Below, piece after piece: positions 26,201 to 40,200 of a stretch of 64,000 nucleotides of DNA; within the stretch, counting starts at the first letter, position 1; every line of letters begins with the position of its first letter. The stretch is taken from NCBI GenBank assembly GCA_013239625.1, contig MU056000.1:14347787-14411786 (forward strand), given 5' to 3'. The notes under the pieces are model-generated. The model was not told the origin of the DNA and did no database searches. It saw nothing but the letters and a program-made list of their open reading frames with translations. A program made the translations under genes and the position numbers. This DNA comes from Lama guanicoe (taxonomy: Eukaryota).

Positions 26201-27120
26201 CCTACAAAACCACTAATCAATTATTTCACGTCTTGCTCACATTCTGGTGTTTTTCCAGCCTGTTTGTCTAAATCCTCTTGCCATTTATTGTTGGCAAATA
26301 ATAATAACAGTGATAATCTTATGCATAAATTTTCTTTCCTAGTATTTTATTGTTTCTCATCATTTTGTGGTTTATTCAATATATCCAAACTCTAAATCTA
26401 TAATAATCCACTTAGTCCCTTTCTCTATTTAAAGCTGCCATAAAATAATCAAGCAACAGGACAGATTAGTGTTACTATAAATTTACTAATTTCAACTCTG
26501 TTCCAAATAAAGTCTGAAGATCCCAGCCATTGTCCTAACAATTTCAGCCCTTTTCCAATCTCCTCAATATCCATATCCTTCCTATAACTATTCTCTCACT
26601 TTAAGCAAACCCTCTCACCTCCCACTTAACAGAGAAAATAGAAAACGCCAGTTGGGGATGTTCTTTTATTTTAATTTGCTGTTTTTAAACAAAAAACACA
26701 TCTTAATTTTTATTCATTCTCTCTTAGCTTCTTCCAGATTCAATAAAGAAAATGTAATTTCCCCACGCTCCACTTCTATAAAGACCCTTACACAACCAGT
26801 TATTCCCTTCTTAGGCCTTCAAAGGATCATATGCTACATAATACTGCTCATCAAAATCTGAACACGATTAAACTCTTCTCAGTGTAAGTACAATGAGCAT
26901 GACAACAAAAACAACCAAGAACTGTCACCTTATCTGTCTATATCTAGCAATAATATCATGTCTGTTCACCTTCAGGGACAAAATTTTAAAAATATATCGC
27001 CACTGAAATTTCTCAAAATACCCTCATCTCATGCTCACTCATGAATCCTTCCCAAGGTGGTTACTGCCTTCATCAATATGTGAATAAGCTCTTGATGGGG
27101 GAATCTGTATTGTCCATGTT

Positions 27121-28727
27121 AAAAAAGTCAATGGAAAATGCCCTGGGTAATTTGATGGAGATCCCAGTAAGTCTATAGATTGCTTGAAGTACTATGGCCA
27201 TTTTAACAATATTAATTCTTCCAATCCAAGAGCATGGAATCTCTTCCCATTTCTTTAAATAATTTTTAATTTCCTTGATCAATTTTCTGTAATTATCTGC
27301 ATATAAGTCTTTTATCTCCTTGGTCAGGTTTATTCTTCAGTATTTTATTTTTTTGTATGAATCTTATAAGGGATTGTTTCTTTATTTTTCTTTTCTGACA
27401 TTTCATTGTTAGTGTAAAGAAATGCAACTAACTTCTGTATATTAATCTTGTATACTGCTACCTTGTCAAATTGTTTTATGAGCACTAGTAGTTTTTGTGT
27501 AGAGCCTTTAGGGTTTTCTATATAGAGTATAATGTCATCTGCCTACCAGACAATAGAAATAAAAACAAAAATAAACAAATGGGACCTGATTAAACTGACA
27601 GCTTTTGCACAGCAAAGGAAACCATAAACAAAACAAAATGACAACCTACAAAATGGGAGAAAATATTTGTAAATTCTGAGACTGACAAGGGCTTAATTTC
27701 CAGAATATATAAACAGCTCATACAACTTAATAACAAAAAACCAAACAACCCAATCCAAAAATGGGCAGAAGACCTAAACAAGCAATTCTCCAATGAAGAC
27801 AGACAAATGGCCAATAGGCACATGAAAAAAATGCTCAAAAATGCTCTCTGATTATCAGAGAAATGCAAATCAAAACTACAATGAGGTATCACCTCATTCC
27901 AGTCAGAATGGCCATCATTCAAAAGTCCACAAATAATGAATGCTGGAGAGGCTGTGGAGAAAAAGGGAACCCTCCTACACTGTTGGTGGGAATGTAGTTT
28001 GGTGCAGCCATAATGGAAAACAGTATGGAGATTCCTCAAAAAACTAAAAATAGACTTATCGTATGATCCAGCAATCCCATTCCTGGTCATATATTCAGAG
28101 GGAACTCTAATTTGAAAAGATACATACACCCCAATGTTCCTAGCAGCCCTATTTACAATAGCCAAAACATGGAAGCAACCTAAATGTCCATCGACAGATG
28201 ACTGGATAAAGAAGCTATGGTATATTTATACAATGGGATACTACTCAGCCATAAAAAATAAAATAATGCCATTTGCAGCAACAGGGATGGAACTGGAGAG
28301 GGTCATTCTAAGTGAAGTAAGCCAGAAAGAGCAAGAAAAATAACATATGATATCACTCATATGTGGAATCTAAAAAAAGGAAAAAAGAAAAAGACAATGA
28401 ACTTACTAACAAAACAGAAATTGACTCATAGACATAGAAAACAAACTTATGGTTACCAAGGAAAAAAAGGGGGTGTGAAGGGGTAAATTGGGAGTTTCAG
28501 ATTTGCAGATACTAGCTATTATATATAAAATAGATAAACAACAAGTTTCTTCTGTATAGAACAGAGAACTTGTTCAATATCTTGTAGCAACCTATAATGA
28601 AAAAGAATATGAAAAGGAATGTGTGTATGTGTATGTATGACTGAAACATTATGCTGTACACCAGAAACTGATAAAACACTGTAAACTGACTATACTTCAT
28701 TTAAAACAGGGAAAAGAAGCCAATGGA
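27121..28727 (+). mobile_element. 5'-inverted (twin-primed) LINE-1: antisense ORF2 segment ~27136-27543, then sense ORF2 3' part and 3'UTR ~27544-28712
   Basis: The minus-strand part translates to ADDIILY...[18 protein letters not shown]...IKLPRAF and the plus-strand part to [10 protein letters not shown]...[11 protein letters not shown] aaaaaagtcaatgga (27121-27135) / aaagaagccaatgga (28713-28727) matches 13/15, at a TT/AAAA target. Confidence 0.93.
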
Positions 28728-31700
28728 TTTGTATATCTTATGCTATTTGATCTTTCACCTGCATTTGAAACTGAAGTTCTCCTTTTTTGAAACACTCCCT
28801 GTACTCAGCTTATTTGCCACTATTACTCTATTAGTTTTATGGCTTTCTCTTCATGTGACCGTCTCAGAAGAGAGATATCAGATGAGGATGCACATCCTAT
28901 TATGTGACAGGTGGTATCAGTGATACTGCATCAGTTGTTAGTCACATCTATTCCAAGCAAAATGATGTCTAGAAATGAGAATGAAAAACAGAGCAGAAGT
29001 TGCCTGAAAGTTTAGTTTCCATCTCAGTCTGCACAGAATCCCCCAAGCTAGCCTTCATTTCCGTTTTTGAGTACTTGGTGAGAAGGAAACATTTTTGATG
29101 TATAGACATGAATGAACTGGGGAAATTGGCAGGATTATCTTTTCTATTTCAAGAAGTCTATTCTGCAAACCTTGATCATGGTAGTATAGTCTAAGCCATC
29201 CACATTTTCTTGGTAATTTCTTTGTCATCTGAAAAACTTTGTCGTTATTGTAAAAATTGAGGAATGGAGAAAGGAAGAAGAGAAGATGACTAGGAAAAAG
29301 AAAATTAAGATTAAAAGGAGATAAGTTAAATTCCTAAATTGATTTCATGTTCATCCCTGCTGTCTTTATTACAGTTCAGAGTTGCCCACCCATGGTGATT
29401 TAAAAGATGTGAATATGTAATTACATGGGAAGTTGGCAATGAAAGGAAGATGACAGTACCCTACCTTGGAGTTTTTTATTCAGTGGATTTGGAACAAGTT
29501 CTAAGAATATACATGTCTAACCAATTCTGTGGTGATTTTTATGACAATGGTTTGGGGACTTTAGTTTGAGAAGACCAAAGTAAAACAAATTATAAATTTA
29601 ACCCACAGAAGTAAATGATTAGAACATTATACCAACACAATTACTGGAAACTGTGTTCTGGGAAAAAGAATAGCCTAACAGTGTATCTTCAGGAAAAAAG
29701 AGCAAATCTTAGCAAGGTAAAGGTTCATTTTGGATTATCATAAGAATAAGATTTCTAAGATCAGAGATATAAACAACTCTGGAGCTTTTTTTTTTTTTAA
29801 TAGAGATACCTTTTAACTGTAACAAATTGGAATGGACATGAAGAAACATAAGGAGGTGACTGCAGTCAAGGAAGTGTTTCCACTTGGAGAGAGAGGATGG
29901 ACTCTAACTGTGATTGGGCACATAAAACAGATTTGGAGCTGTCATAGTTTTATTTCTTGGTTTCTAGGTGGTAGCTACTAGGGTAGCCATCTTTGCTTTT
30001 TACTTATAATAATTCTGTATGTTTTATATTTGTCTACATGGTTGTATGCGTATTAACAATATTTATATAAAATTGAATGATTGACCATTGGTAAGAGCTG
30101 CAGTGGAGAGACCCATAATGAAGCTTCAAGGAAACAGCCACCCCAAATTGTGAAATCCTAACAATCAAAATACATGTTTCTGCAGCTCAGCTGCGTTTTC
30201 TAAGTAATATACTTTGGAACAGTCCTACTGACTAAAAACAGGAGTCCTCCCTAAACTGTAAGTTGGCTATGCTTTTAGTTTTGGTGAGGATGTGATTTCG
30301 TATATTTTATTTTCTTACACTTGGGTTTTGGTTTTCTGATGACCTCATCCCATCCTGTCTTCAAAGTCAACAGGTCCTCGTCAAAAGAATTTAGAAAGTT
30401 TCTTCATACTTTCAATAATTTACATATATATGAATGGAGATGTAATACTTCAAGTCATTAATGTCTATAAACCAACAAAGGAAATGGTCTCCAGAGAATC
30501 ATCACTGGAAATACAGGGTATCCCATAAGCTGAAAATCAGTGGTTAGAAATTTTTTATAAATGGGCAATTTGCAAGGTTACTAATAGCCATTGACTCTAG
30601 GAGACATATTCAAACTAGTAATTAAATTATATTTACTCTTAGAAAATTATTCAAGAAATGAATTAACTGAGTGTGTGGAACCAAAACTAAATAAGAGGTT
30701 CAAATCAAACAAACCTTAATGCTAAGGACCTATTTGAGTTAAGTGAGAAAAATTATATTAAGTTCAAGAACAAATTAAGACACCATAAACACATAAATTC
30801 CATTAAGACATTCTATTCTCAAAATGGGCATTCCTTAGACTCATTATCTTTGTTATACTGCACCTTTGTTTACAGAGTCTAATATCAGAAATAAAGTAAA
30901 TTGCATTGAGTTCTAGATCACATTCCTTGTAGTCTTAAAGATTAAATTCCTCTCTTATGACTGCACAGTGAGTATTACATTTTCAGCTGGTTAATCCTTA
31001 CAACCTATTGCCCAATCTCAATTCCCACAAAAAATAAAAAGCTTGTTAAAATAAGATAAGAAGTTATCTCCTCACTGAGGGCTAATTCTGAGTCTCTCTC
31101 TTAAAAAAAAAATCTTACTTTAATGAAATTCTCAAGGAAATTAAATTAAATGTAAAAATGCACTTAATAAATACAAGATGCTTCTGAAAAGATTAGTACT
31201 GGATTGAGATCACCATGATGCCCCAGTTAACTCGATTGGAGAACGATGTTTGTGAGACCAAAATCATACACGTTCTAGCTCCCCAAGGGCTAATTAATTT
31301 CATTTAGAGAAAAGTGAAAGATTTGTATAAAAAGTGATTTTTAAGCATTTTGGGGTTACAGATGTTGAAATATGATCTAACAAATGTTGTTGTCCTTCCT
31401 TTGCCTAGAAAATCATCTTACACTAAAAAATGCACACAGTTTCATAAAATCTATAGAACTCTGGGGTCCATCCATAGGCTACCTGCTGTTTAAAGTTCAT
31501 AGTAAAAATACTCTGAAAAAATCCACTGAATAGAGAAAAAAGACAAAAAGCAAAATTGAACATTTATCCTATTATTCTATTAAGTTTAGAGTAGTTTTAT
31601 TTTCATGTATAGAAAAGGGCATATTAACTCATATCACTTATTTTAAAAATATCACAAAGGTTACTGAAGAGTTGCAACACTTCTTGGAGATCAATTGAAA

Positions 31701-32717
31701 AAGTACCCAAGGTGGTGATTTATTCATTCTGATGTATTTAATTCAGCAGCTTCCCTTAGGCTTTAACATATGAACAGATTTTAATAAGAAGGCATTCTTT
31801 TGAAGTTAGATAGTAGGAAATCAAAACAGTGCTATGAATTCTCCATGTATCTTCACAAAGAACAGCATCCTGACCTATCCGTTGCTTCTCTCATGAGAAT
31901 ATTTAATATAAAAATTAGGATCATTATCACTAACCTGTTTGCAGTTCTTTCTCTGTTATTCCAACATCAACATGCCTGTGGTCATCTCACAAAAAAATTC
32001 TGACAATCAGCTATTCATTAGGAGTGCTTTTTATTTCATAATTAATACTTAATTTTCCTAATTAGTAGTTAGGTATGGTAGAATAGCACCCAAAGTCTCT
32101 TTCAACTTCCAAATGTGCCCTCCTGGACTGCAAGGGCTAGATATCCAGAGTCTGCATTGTCACACCTTCTTGAATCTAGCGTTTAGAAGATCTCCTTGCA
32201 ACTCGGTTTCTTGGTAACTTTTGACCATCAGAACAATTTACATGAAACCTGAATTCAGAACTTAGTTAAGGAGAGAAAGAGGGTTCTAAGACCTCCAGAT
32301 GACTAATAAGAATCTTAGAGGTGCAGCATTGTTCTGGAGCTAACAGAAGTTAACAAGAAGTCTGGGTCTTCCCAAATCAGGATTATACACAGCCAAGTGA
32401 GAGTAATCTTAGAGCCAGCAGCCATGACGGCGATTATCAATCAGTGCTTTCTAACTCTCTGGTGTCTAAATGGTTCGAAAGTTAACAGTTCTCTGGCAGA
32501 ATAATTCTAGGTGCTGTTCAGAGTATTCATACAGTCCAACCTAAAGTCTGTGTTCTTTAGCCTTTCCAAAATTTGTATAAGCACCAAAGACCCTGTGTTA
32601 GCTTTATGTCCACTAAATTTACCAGTTTACTTTCTATTATGTGCATTAAACATTGATTGTTAACATGACACAGAAATGAAATAAAAAAAAAAACCAGTGA
32701 CAGTGTAATGTAAAATG

Positions 32718-33112
32718 TTGTCTGCTAGGGCTGCCATAAAAGAATAACACAGACTAGATCGCTTAAATAATATAATTTTATTTTCTCATAGTTCTGGAGA
32801 CAGACGATCAAGAAGTCTGCAGGATTGGTTTCTGGTGAGATATCTCTTCCTGGCTTGCCAAATACCACCTGCTCTCTGTGTCTTAACATAAACCTTCCTT
32901 TTTGCACGTGCAAAGAGGGGTTTTTGGTATCTCTTCCTCTTCTTAAAAGAACACCAATCCTTTCAGATAGGGCCCCACCCTTATAACTTTATTTAATCTT
33001 ATTTACCATCATAAAAGCCCTATCTTCAAATATAGTCACTGTGGAGGTTAGGACATTTAACGTGAATTTTGTGTGTGTGTTGGGGGTGGGTGGCACAATT
33101 CAGTCCATAATA
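32718..33112 (-). mobile_element. MaLR solo LTR (MLT1A-like)
   Basis: ctagggctgccataa...ttttctcatagttctggag...gggccccacccttataac...caattcagtccataata. Confidence 0.85.
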
Positions 33113-33679
33113 GCTTGTTTCCACATTATATGTTATATGATGCTTTAACCACACGCACATACACACGTCCCTACCCCTTTTCAACGTGAAATGCACAAGA
33201 GCAGAGATTGTGACCACCATTTCACCCTCTCTTCCCTCTTCCAGTAACAGATTAGTACTTTTACCATGAATGAAAACTATTATCATAAGTATTTTTGATC
33301 TTGGAGAGAGTCTATTTTCTCTCTATGGTTGAATGCTCTATTCATCATGCCTAGAATGACTGGTATTTAAAACATGCTCATAAATATTTGTTTTATTAAT
33401 CAATGGATATTGATTGCCAAATCCTTATCTTCCTATGAAAATTATTTTTCCTCTATGTCCTCCAAGAGCCTCCTTGCCTTTTCCATTTTAACAGTCTGCC
33501 AACATGTTAGTACCAACGGGTGACTTTTATCATAGTCACCTGTGGGATAAATACCAATATTTAACATTCTTTCTTCTTATTCAGGGATCTGATTGTCTAC
33601 CCAGAAACTATACCTCATCACATTCCTCCTTTCCAATTGCTTTTAGAAATAAAACAAAAAATTTAGTATCATTTAATCC

Positions 33680-34200
33680 ATCTGAAAATTTTGTTGACTT
33701 GACCTTGAAAATACATTTGTAACTGATCACATCTAACTTCTTTATTTTCACCACCCTGTCTAAGCTCCTATACCTTTCTCTTTGATTAATCCAACAACCT
33801 CTAAGAAATGTCTCCCTGATTTTACTCTTTTCATGTTGTAAGTTTGTCCTCAAGAATGATCCTGTTAAAATTAAGCCAAATACTTTACACATTTCTAAAA
33901 ATGCTACATTAGTTAGCCTTCTCCCTCATGCTGAATGTCATAGTCCCTATTGTGTTTTCCAAAGCCTTCCAGAATGTGGCCCCATTAGTGCTCTGACTTC
34001 AGCCTGTTTCACTGGTCTTTACCCCTGGCTCACTGCACCCACTCATCATGGTCTACTTGCTATTCTGTAACAACTCACAGACATTGCATTTGTTGGTTCC
34101 ACTACTTAAAATACTTCTTACCCAAGTATCCTCTTGTCCAGCAACTTTATTTTCTTCAGGTTTTTGTTCAAAAGCTACCCTTCATTAATAGTCCTTGTCC
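33680..34200 (+). mobile_element. L2 LINE remnant
   Basis: ccaccctgtctaagc..., gctcactgcacc...ggtctacttgctattc, gcatttgttggttccactac are degenerate L2 3' motifs. Confidence 0.55.
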
Positions 34201-37200
34201 ATATAGGAGTTGATTTCTATAAGGAAACATTTGCTTACTTATTTTTTATCATTTATATTATTTGAACACTTTTTAAGATTGCCCAACTATATCTATGCCT
34301 CCACTTGTTCTATGTAAAGTTCTAAATATGTAGAATGATACTTTTAATGCTAATTAGTTTTCTTCTATCTTTGTACAAAATATGTTATGTTTCTACAATA
34401 AAAATTATGCAAGGAACCAAGTACTTACATTCCATTTATCTTCTAAAGATAAGTGTATGTTAAGGGCACATAGACGTATTAGCTTTCGATTTATTTCTTA
34501 CTTAAAGCCTATGTTTTTTTCTTTTAAAGTACCATTAGGCTTACTTTACATTTTTAAAAAATCTTCCATCATAGGTATTATAAAATATATTAATTTAAAT
34601 ATCACCTTTTAAAAAATAAGAAATAAAATTTAAGTTTGGGATGGAGTATGTGGAGAAATGAGTATGGAAACTCCAAATGTCATTAAATCTAACTTAGGTA
34701 CTGATATTCACTGGATAATAACACATGGAAAAGAGAATACTATTTGCCCTGAAGAATTTAAATACCATTTCCTTGTTATTAAAAAATCCAATGGGATATA
34801 AATGACTTATGGAGAATCCAGTGATAATGTTATCATCTAAATGTCTATTTCTGTTGAGAGTAACTATTTTGTATCTCAGATCGTTTGCTTTGTTAATGCT
34901 GAATATGTGATGTGGTTAAAATCAGTTAAATAAAATTAAACATCTTATAAATTATGAAGTTCTTTTATTCATGTTGGAGTTTATTTCTTTAAGGAGGATT
35001 TTGCTAACTTGCTCCTTTTCATTTATATCTGTTAAATGCTGTGTAAGATTGTGTGACTATTTATAATTATGGTTAACTTGGATTTTGCAAAATTTTAGAA
35101 TTATTCAATGTACAAGGGAAAAGGATTAGAGACGATAGAATAGGAATGTTGATAAAGAATATTTTTATTGATATTTGACAGTCAGTCTACATCTTAGGAA
35201 GGAGGTTAGGGCAGGCAAAAAATAAAATGGAGCTGTTCTTGTTATAAAAGTAACAACTATAAAAATAAAATCAGAGTTACCAAATAAGTGAAAAATTTTC
35301 CAGTCAGATATGTCATGGAAGAAATGCCATCAGATGTTTGTTGAAATGGTTTTGAAAATCTTACATGCTAATTTGCCTATATAAATATGGGATTTCAGAT
35401 TATCCAAATAATGATCTGAATATTGCAGTAAAAGAATATATTACATTAAATAGTTATTGTGGCTGATTTTTTCTCCTATTCCAGCTCTTAAAATTTCATA
35501 GCAAGTCACTCCCTCATCTAGGGCCTAGGGTTGACTAAGTCTTAGATAACAGATGGGGAGCAACTTTTCGTGTTGCAGTTCAAAACGGATGAACTAACAG
35601 GAACATCTTTCATGGAGAATCTGCTAAGAAGAAATCAATCCTGAAGTTGTAAAAGTTTTGATTGTGTTACAGTCACTTGGCATTAGGGCATTTTTTTTAT
35701 GTCTTTCCTTTCTCTGTTCACCACTGGCTCACTGCTGGTTTGAAACATGAACCTAGAAGGAATAAAGTGACTAGTGACACACACTAAGGACTTAAGAAAA
35801 AAGACCGTGGCAAGAGACTAGGGGATACTAAAGAACTGAAAATGTTTTAGGACCATTAAGGGAGGGAAAATTAGGGATCAACAAGAATAAATAGATCTCC
35901 TACCAATAAAAAAAAAAGTTGTCCTCTGGGAAGGAGGACCTGGGATTAAAAATCCCTGCTTATTTAGGAGTGGGAGGGAAAACCTGGACCAAATAGATTG
36001 ACCAACCCAATGTTCTCATCTAATCTGAAAATCTATAGATTGGAAAAAGCAATGTAAACCAGTGGAAGTAATTATGTTCTATTTTCCTGGATTTGCCCAA
36101 GTAGGAACAGTTAAGAGTAATTGCCAGTAATTTTACTGTCTCTTCTTGTGTCATAAACCAAGGATGATTATCATGAAATAATCTTCCCTGTCAACCAAGA
36201 GAATTCCCTCAGGAGTGTTTTCTCTGACATCTAAGGGAATGGAGAAATATAATTCTACCTAAAGTGACTGAAGGACATTGGGCAGCAGGGACAGTTTTAA
36301 TGGGCTTTATGCACAAATCCTCGTATTTATTTGGCAGGCTGTTTTGTTATAATCTGAAAAATTTGACTTACCTTTGTCTCTACTTTCTAAATCTTGGTTA
36401 TGGCCAAGGTTTATAAATCCCAATCACTTTTTCCTGCCACAGATCTACAGGACAGCTACATTACAATTTAAATCAGACCTCTTATCAAGAATTTTACTTC
36501 AATTTGACAGTCGCACAGTACATATATATTTCACTTATCACTTATCACTGAAGCAAAATCAGTCACTGGTACAGGCTAAAGTTATCTATGCTATTTTTAG
36601 GACATAACTTTTTTAAAAATATATGGGAAGAATAAACACACATTTTATTGATATAACCCTAAACCTATGTTTAACAGTAAATCTAAAAATAAGGTCATAG
36701 ATAAGTTTGACTCTTTGTCACTTGTTACCAAGCCTTTACATTACAATTAATTAAAGAAACAATAGAGAAAAAATAATTCTTCTCTTTAACTGAATCATGC
36801 TTCTTTATAGTTTATACTAAAAGCCACATTTAAACTCAATAGAAACCTATAAGAAAAGCCCTGGAGATACATCCTTGAGCTGTATCCATTGTATTAACAG
36901 ATAAATGAAACTTCAAAATAAAGACTCTTCAGTAAAAGATTCAAAGGTATGTAGTCACTATAGGTGAGACATCAGCAAACAAAAACCTTTAACTCTGCTG
37001 TTTAAGATCTGAGTGACAATGAGAGAAGAAGTCTGTCTCAACAAATCAATTCGAGATAGCTTTTAAAGTCAAACTGCTATCTTAAAATGGAAATAAAATC
37101 CTTGTATTAGACACTAAAATAAGGTAATACAATAAAAATAGAAATATTTTATTACCTTTCAGTTATATACAAATTATTGGTTATTTCCACAAAAATGATC

Positions 37201-37699
37201 TGTTCAACTATTAAGGTCAGAATATGGAGGCTGCATTTTGTTGGCTACTGCAAGGGCAAGACACAGCATCTTCTGATCCTAAGGCTGTGGCTCAAAGACT
37301 AGACAAAGAAATATTCTAACCAAGAACCGAAAGTTGAATCAGCATGAGCAATACATGGATTCAGACAGCTGTCTTAGGAAACAGGAAGATGATGGGGTTA
37401 TTTGGACCTAATCATAAAACTTTCAACCGTTGGTTTTCGTAGTGGTCTGTAAAATAATTCCCCACAAGTATGGAACTACAGCTTGCAAATACCAAGTAAA
37501 GTAACCTTGTTAGTTTTGTCCCCATCAATTGAAAAGTAATATTTAATTAACCTTGGATTATAACTTAGGAGAGAAGGTAAATCCATGAGCTGCATGATGG
37601 AAATGGAATTAAGGTCCAAATAAAAGTCAAGTTAGAATAAAGGACTAAAGGCTTGAGATGTAACAAGCAAAGTTCTTTATTGCAACACTCAACTTCCAG

Positions 37700-38498
37700 T
37701 AACAAGTTTTGCTTGTTATCTACGGATATGCAACAAACTGATGCAAATTTAGTTGCTTAAAACAGGGGTTAAGAAAACAACAGCCTGAAGTCCAAATTAG
37801 GTGCAGCACCTGTTTTGGTACACCAGTGAGCCAAAAAAGGTGTTTATACTCTTAAATGGTCATAAAGCATATTTTCTGACATGTGAAAATTATATGAAAA
37901 TAAAATTCCTGTGTCTGTTAATAAAGTTTTATTAGGACACAGCCATGTTCATTTGTTGACATGTTGTCTACTGTTGCTTGTGTGTTACAAGACAGAACTG
38001 AGTATTTAGGAGACAGTGTATAATCCACAAAGCCTAAAACATTTACTATCTAGCCCTTTACAGAAAGTTTGCCTAACTCTATGGTTTAAAAGATTGTAGA
38101 TTTATTAATTTTTGTGATTCTATGTGTTGACTGGGCTCAGTTCCGTGTGCCATAGCTGAAGTCATCTACATAGCAGAGGTCAGCTAGACGCTTGGCTGGT
38201 GCTCTCTTAGACTCTCTTAGACTCCACTGGCTCTCTCTATTTTCTCTCATAATTCAGTAATATTTCCTAAGCCAATTTGCATCATGAAGGCTGATTCCTA
38301 AAGGGGAACATTCCTAGAGAACACACCCCAATGTGCAAATGCTTATCACTTACCTACGTGTATGTATATGCTTACTAATTTCTCAGTGACCAAAACAGGA
38401 CTAGCTGCCAAGCCCAGAGTCAAAGTGGGAGATGACTATACAAAGACAGAATGCTGGGAAGCCTGGTTCTTTGGGGCAAGCAATGTCAGTCTCCTGTA
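37700..38498 (-). mobile_element. Old MLT1 LTR interrupted by MER58
   Basis: aatttagttgcttaaaa | tttattaatttttgtgattctatgtgttgactgggctcag...gccaagcccagagtcaaagtggga. Confidence 0.6.
37763..38083 (+). mobile_element. MER58B-like hAT-Charlie DNA transposon
   Basis: Starts CAGGGGTT, contains aataaagttttattaggacacagccatg and aaagcctaaaacatttactatctagccctttacagaaagtttgcc. 8-bp TSD gcttaaaa/gtttaaaa (7/8). Confidence 0.85.
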
Positions 38499-38502
38499 AT
38501 AC

Positions 38503-38837
38503 CTTTTAAAATTAATTAATTAATTACTTTAATAAAGTACAGTTGATATACAATGGTGTGTTAGTTTCTGGTGTACAGCAAAGTAATTCAGGATAGACAT
38601 TCCTTTCCTTTTCATATTCTTTCTCATTAGAGGTCACTACAAGATACTGAATATAGCTCCCTGTGCTCTACAGTAGGACCTTGTCATTATCTATTTTATA
38701 TATAGTAATAAGTATCTACAAACCCTAAACTCCCAATTCATCCCTTCCCACCCCCTTCCCCTACCCCATACCCATAAGTTTGTTTTCTTTGTCTGAGTCT
38801 CTGTTTTGTAAATAAGTTCATTTCTGTCTTTTTTTTT
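38503..38837 (-). mobile_element. 5'-truncated LINE-1 3'UTR with TSD
   Basis: Reverse L1 3'UTR flanked by a perfect 13-bp direct repeat TCTCCTGTAATAC at 38490-38502 and 38838-38850. Confidence 0.92.
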
Positions 38838-38879
38838 TCTCCTGTAATACTTAATTGCAATTTGTTTGTGTTTTCACTA

Positions 38880-40200
38880 TCCTTTCTTGTTCGTTATAAA
38901 AAGCAGAAATTCTTAATGTATATTCAGTTCTTAAAATTCAATTTTAAACCTTTTTTTCAGTCTGATTCAATGATCTGTTATTTCTACACTCTTCTCATTT
39001 GTCTTATTTCCTTGTGTGTTTTGTGATTTTTAACTGTGAGCTCATTTTCCAAGCAACTTTAGTCATACTGGGAAATCTTTTGTGCATGCAGAGTCCCTGC
39101 AGAGTGATTTGTATTTACTTTAGATTTTTTTTCTTTAAACCAACCAGATCAGCTGAATTCAGAGTGAAGTGCTATTAAAACTAGCTTATCATTGTTAATT
39201 CTCAGGGAAGTTTTTTTTCTTTCCAGTTCTTCATTTTGACACAGACACATTTTTCTCACTGAGAATGGGGTGAGAGAAAGTGGCCTTATATTTAGTGCAT
39301 TCTTACACTGAAGTTACAGTCATTTGAATTCACAGGTGTATTCCGAAGTTCTACTAAAAGGCTTAACTACCTTCAGCCAGTCTCTGATATGTTAAAAAAA
39401 AAAAAAAAAAAGCTCAATTTAGTCAGGTTTTGTTTTATAATGTCTTCAGGGCAAGAAACTGGTTCCAATAAAATGCCATTTACCTCTCCTCTTTCTTGCT
39501 TTAAATTAGATTTTGGTCTCAGAATTTCTTGTTTTCTTGCCAGCTCATTGATGCGATCCAAAGTTGGTTTTCTCTTTTTCACTTAATACAGTGTTTCAAG
39601 CATTTTGCAGCAGTAGGATAGTCATGGTATATAATCCAGCCTTATGCTGGAGATAGAGGACAGGATTATTCCTATTGAAAATGTTTCCAAGTTAATTTTA
39701 ATTGGAAAATATTCAACATATGGAAAAGAAGAAAGAATAATTTTCTGTAGATCCTTTACTTAGATTCAATTATTATAAAGATTTTCTAATCTTGCTTCAT
39801 CTATTCACAGATTTTTTTAAAGAAAGTTCCTGCTTTTATATTATTTTACCACGTATATTTTTATAAGCATCTTGTGAAGATATGGAGATTTCCCTGCACC
39901 ACTGCAACACCCTTACCATGACTGAAAATATTCAAATTAACTACTTTTCATCATCTAATATTGTTTTCATTTTCAAATTTCCCCATTATATCAAAAATGT
40001 CTTTTTATAGCTTATTTGAATCAGAATCAACGTTCACATGTCTATGTATTGTGTCTTTTACATCTCTTTTAATCTAGAACTGCTTCCATTCACTGCTTTG
40101 TTCCCTTTTGTCACATTGAAAATAGATTATTTTTTCTATAGAAATCCAGGATATCTGTCCGTGAATATTTTAAGCAACTTCAATGCTACTTTTGTCCTCC
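38880..40200 (-). mobile_element. Ancient L1ME/HAL1-like remnants
   Basis: Degenerate T-rich antisense L1 motifs (ttaattggaaaatattcaacatatggaaaag, catcatctaatatt...ttcaaatttcccc). Probably several fragments. Confidence 0.45.

Noticed and set aside
27590..28165. Longest ORF in the track (191 aa, minus strand)
   Set aside because: It is the antisense frame of L1 ORF2, a common source of spurious proteins.
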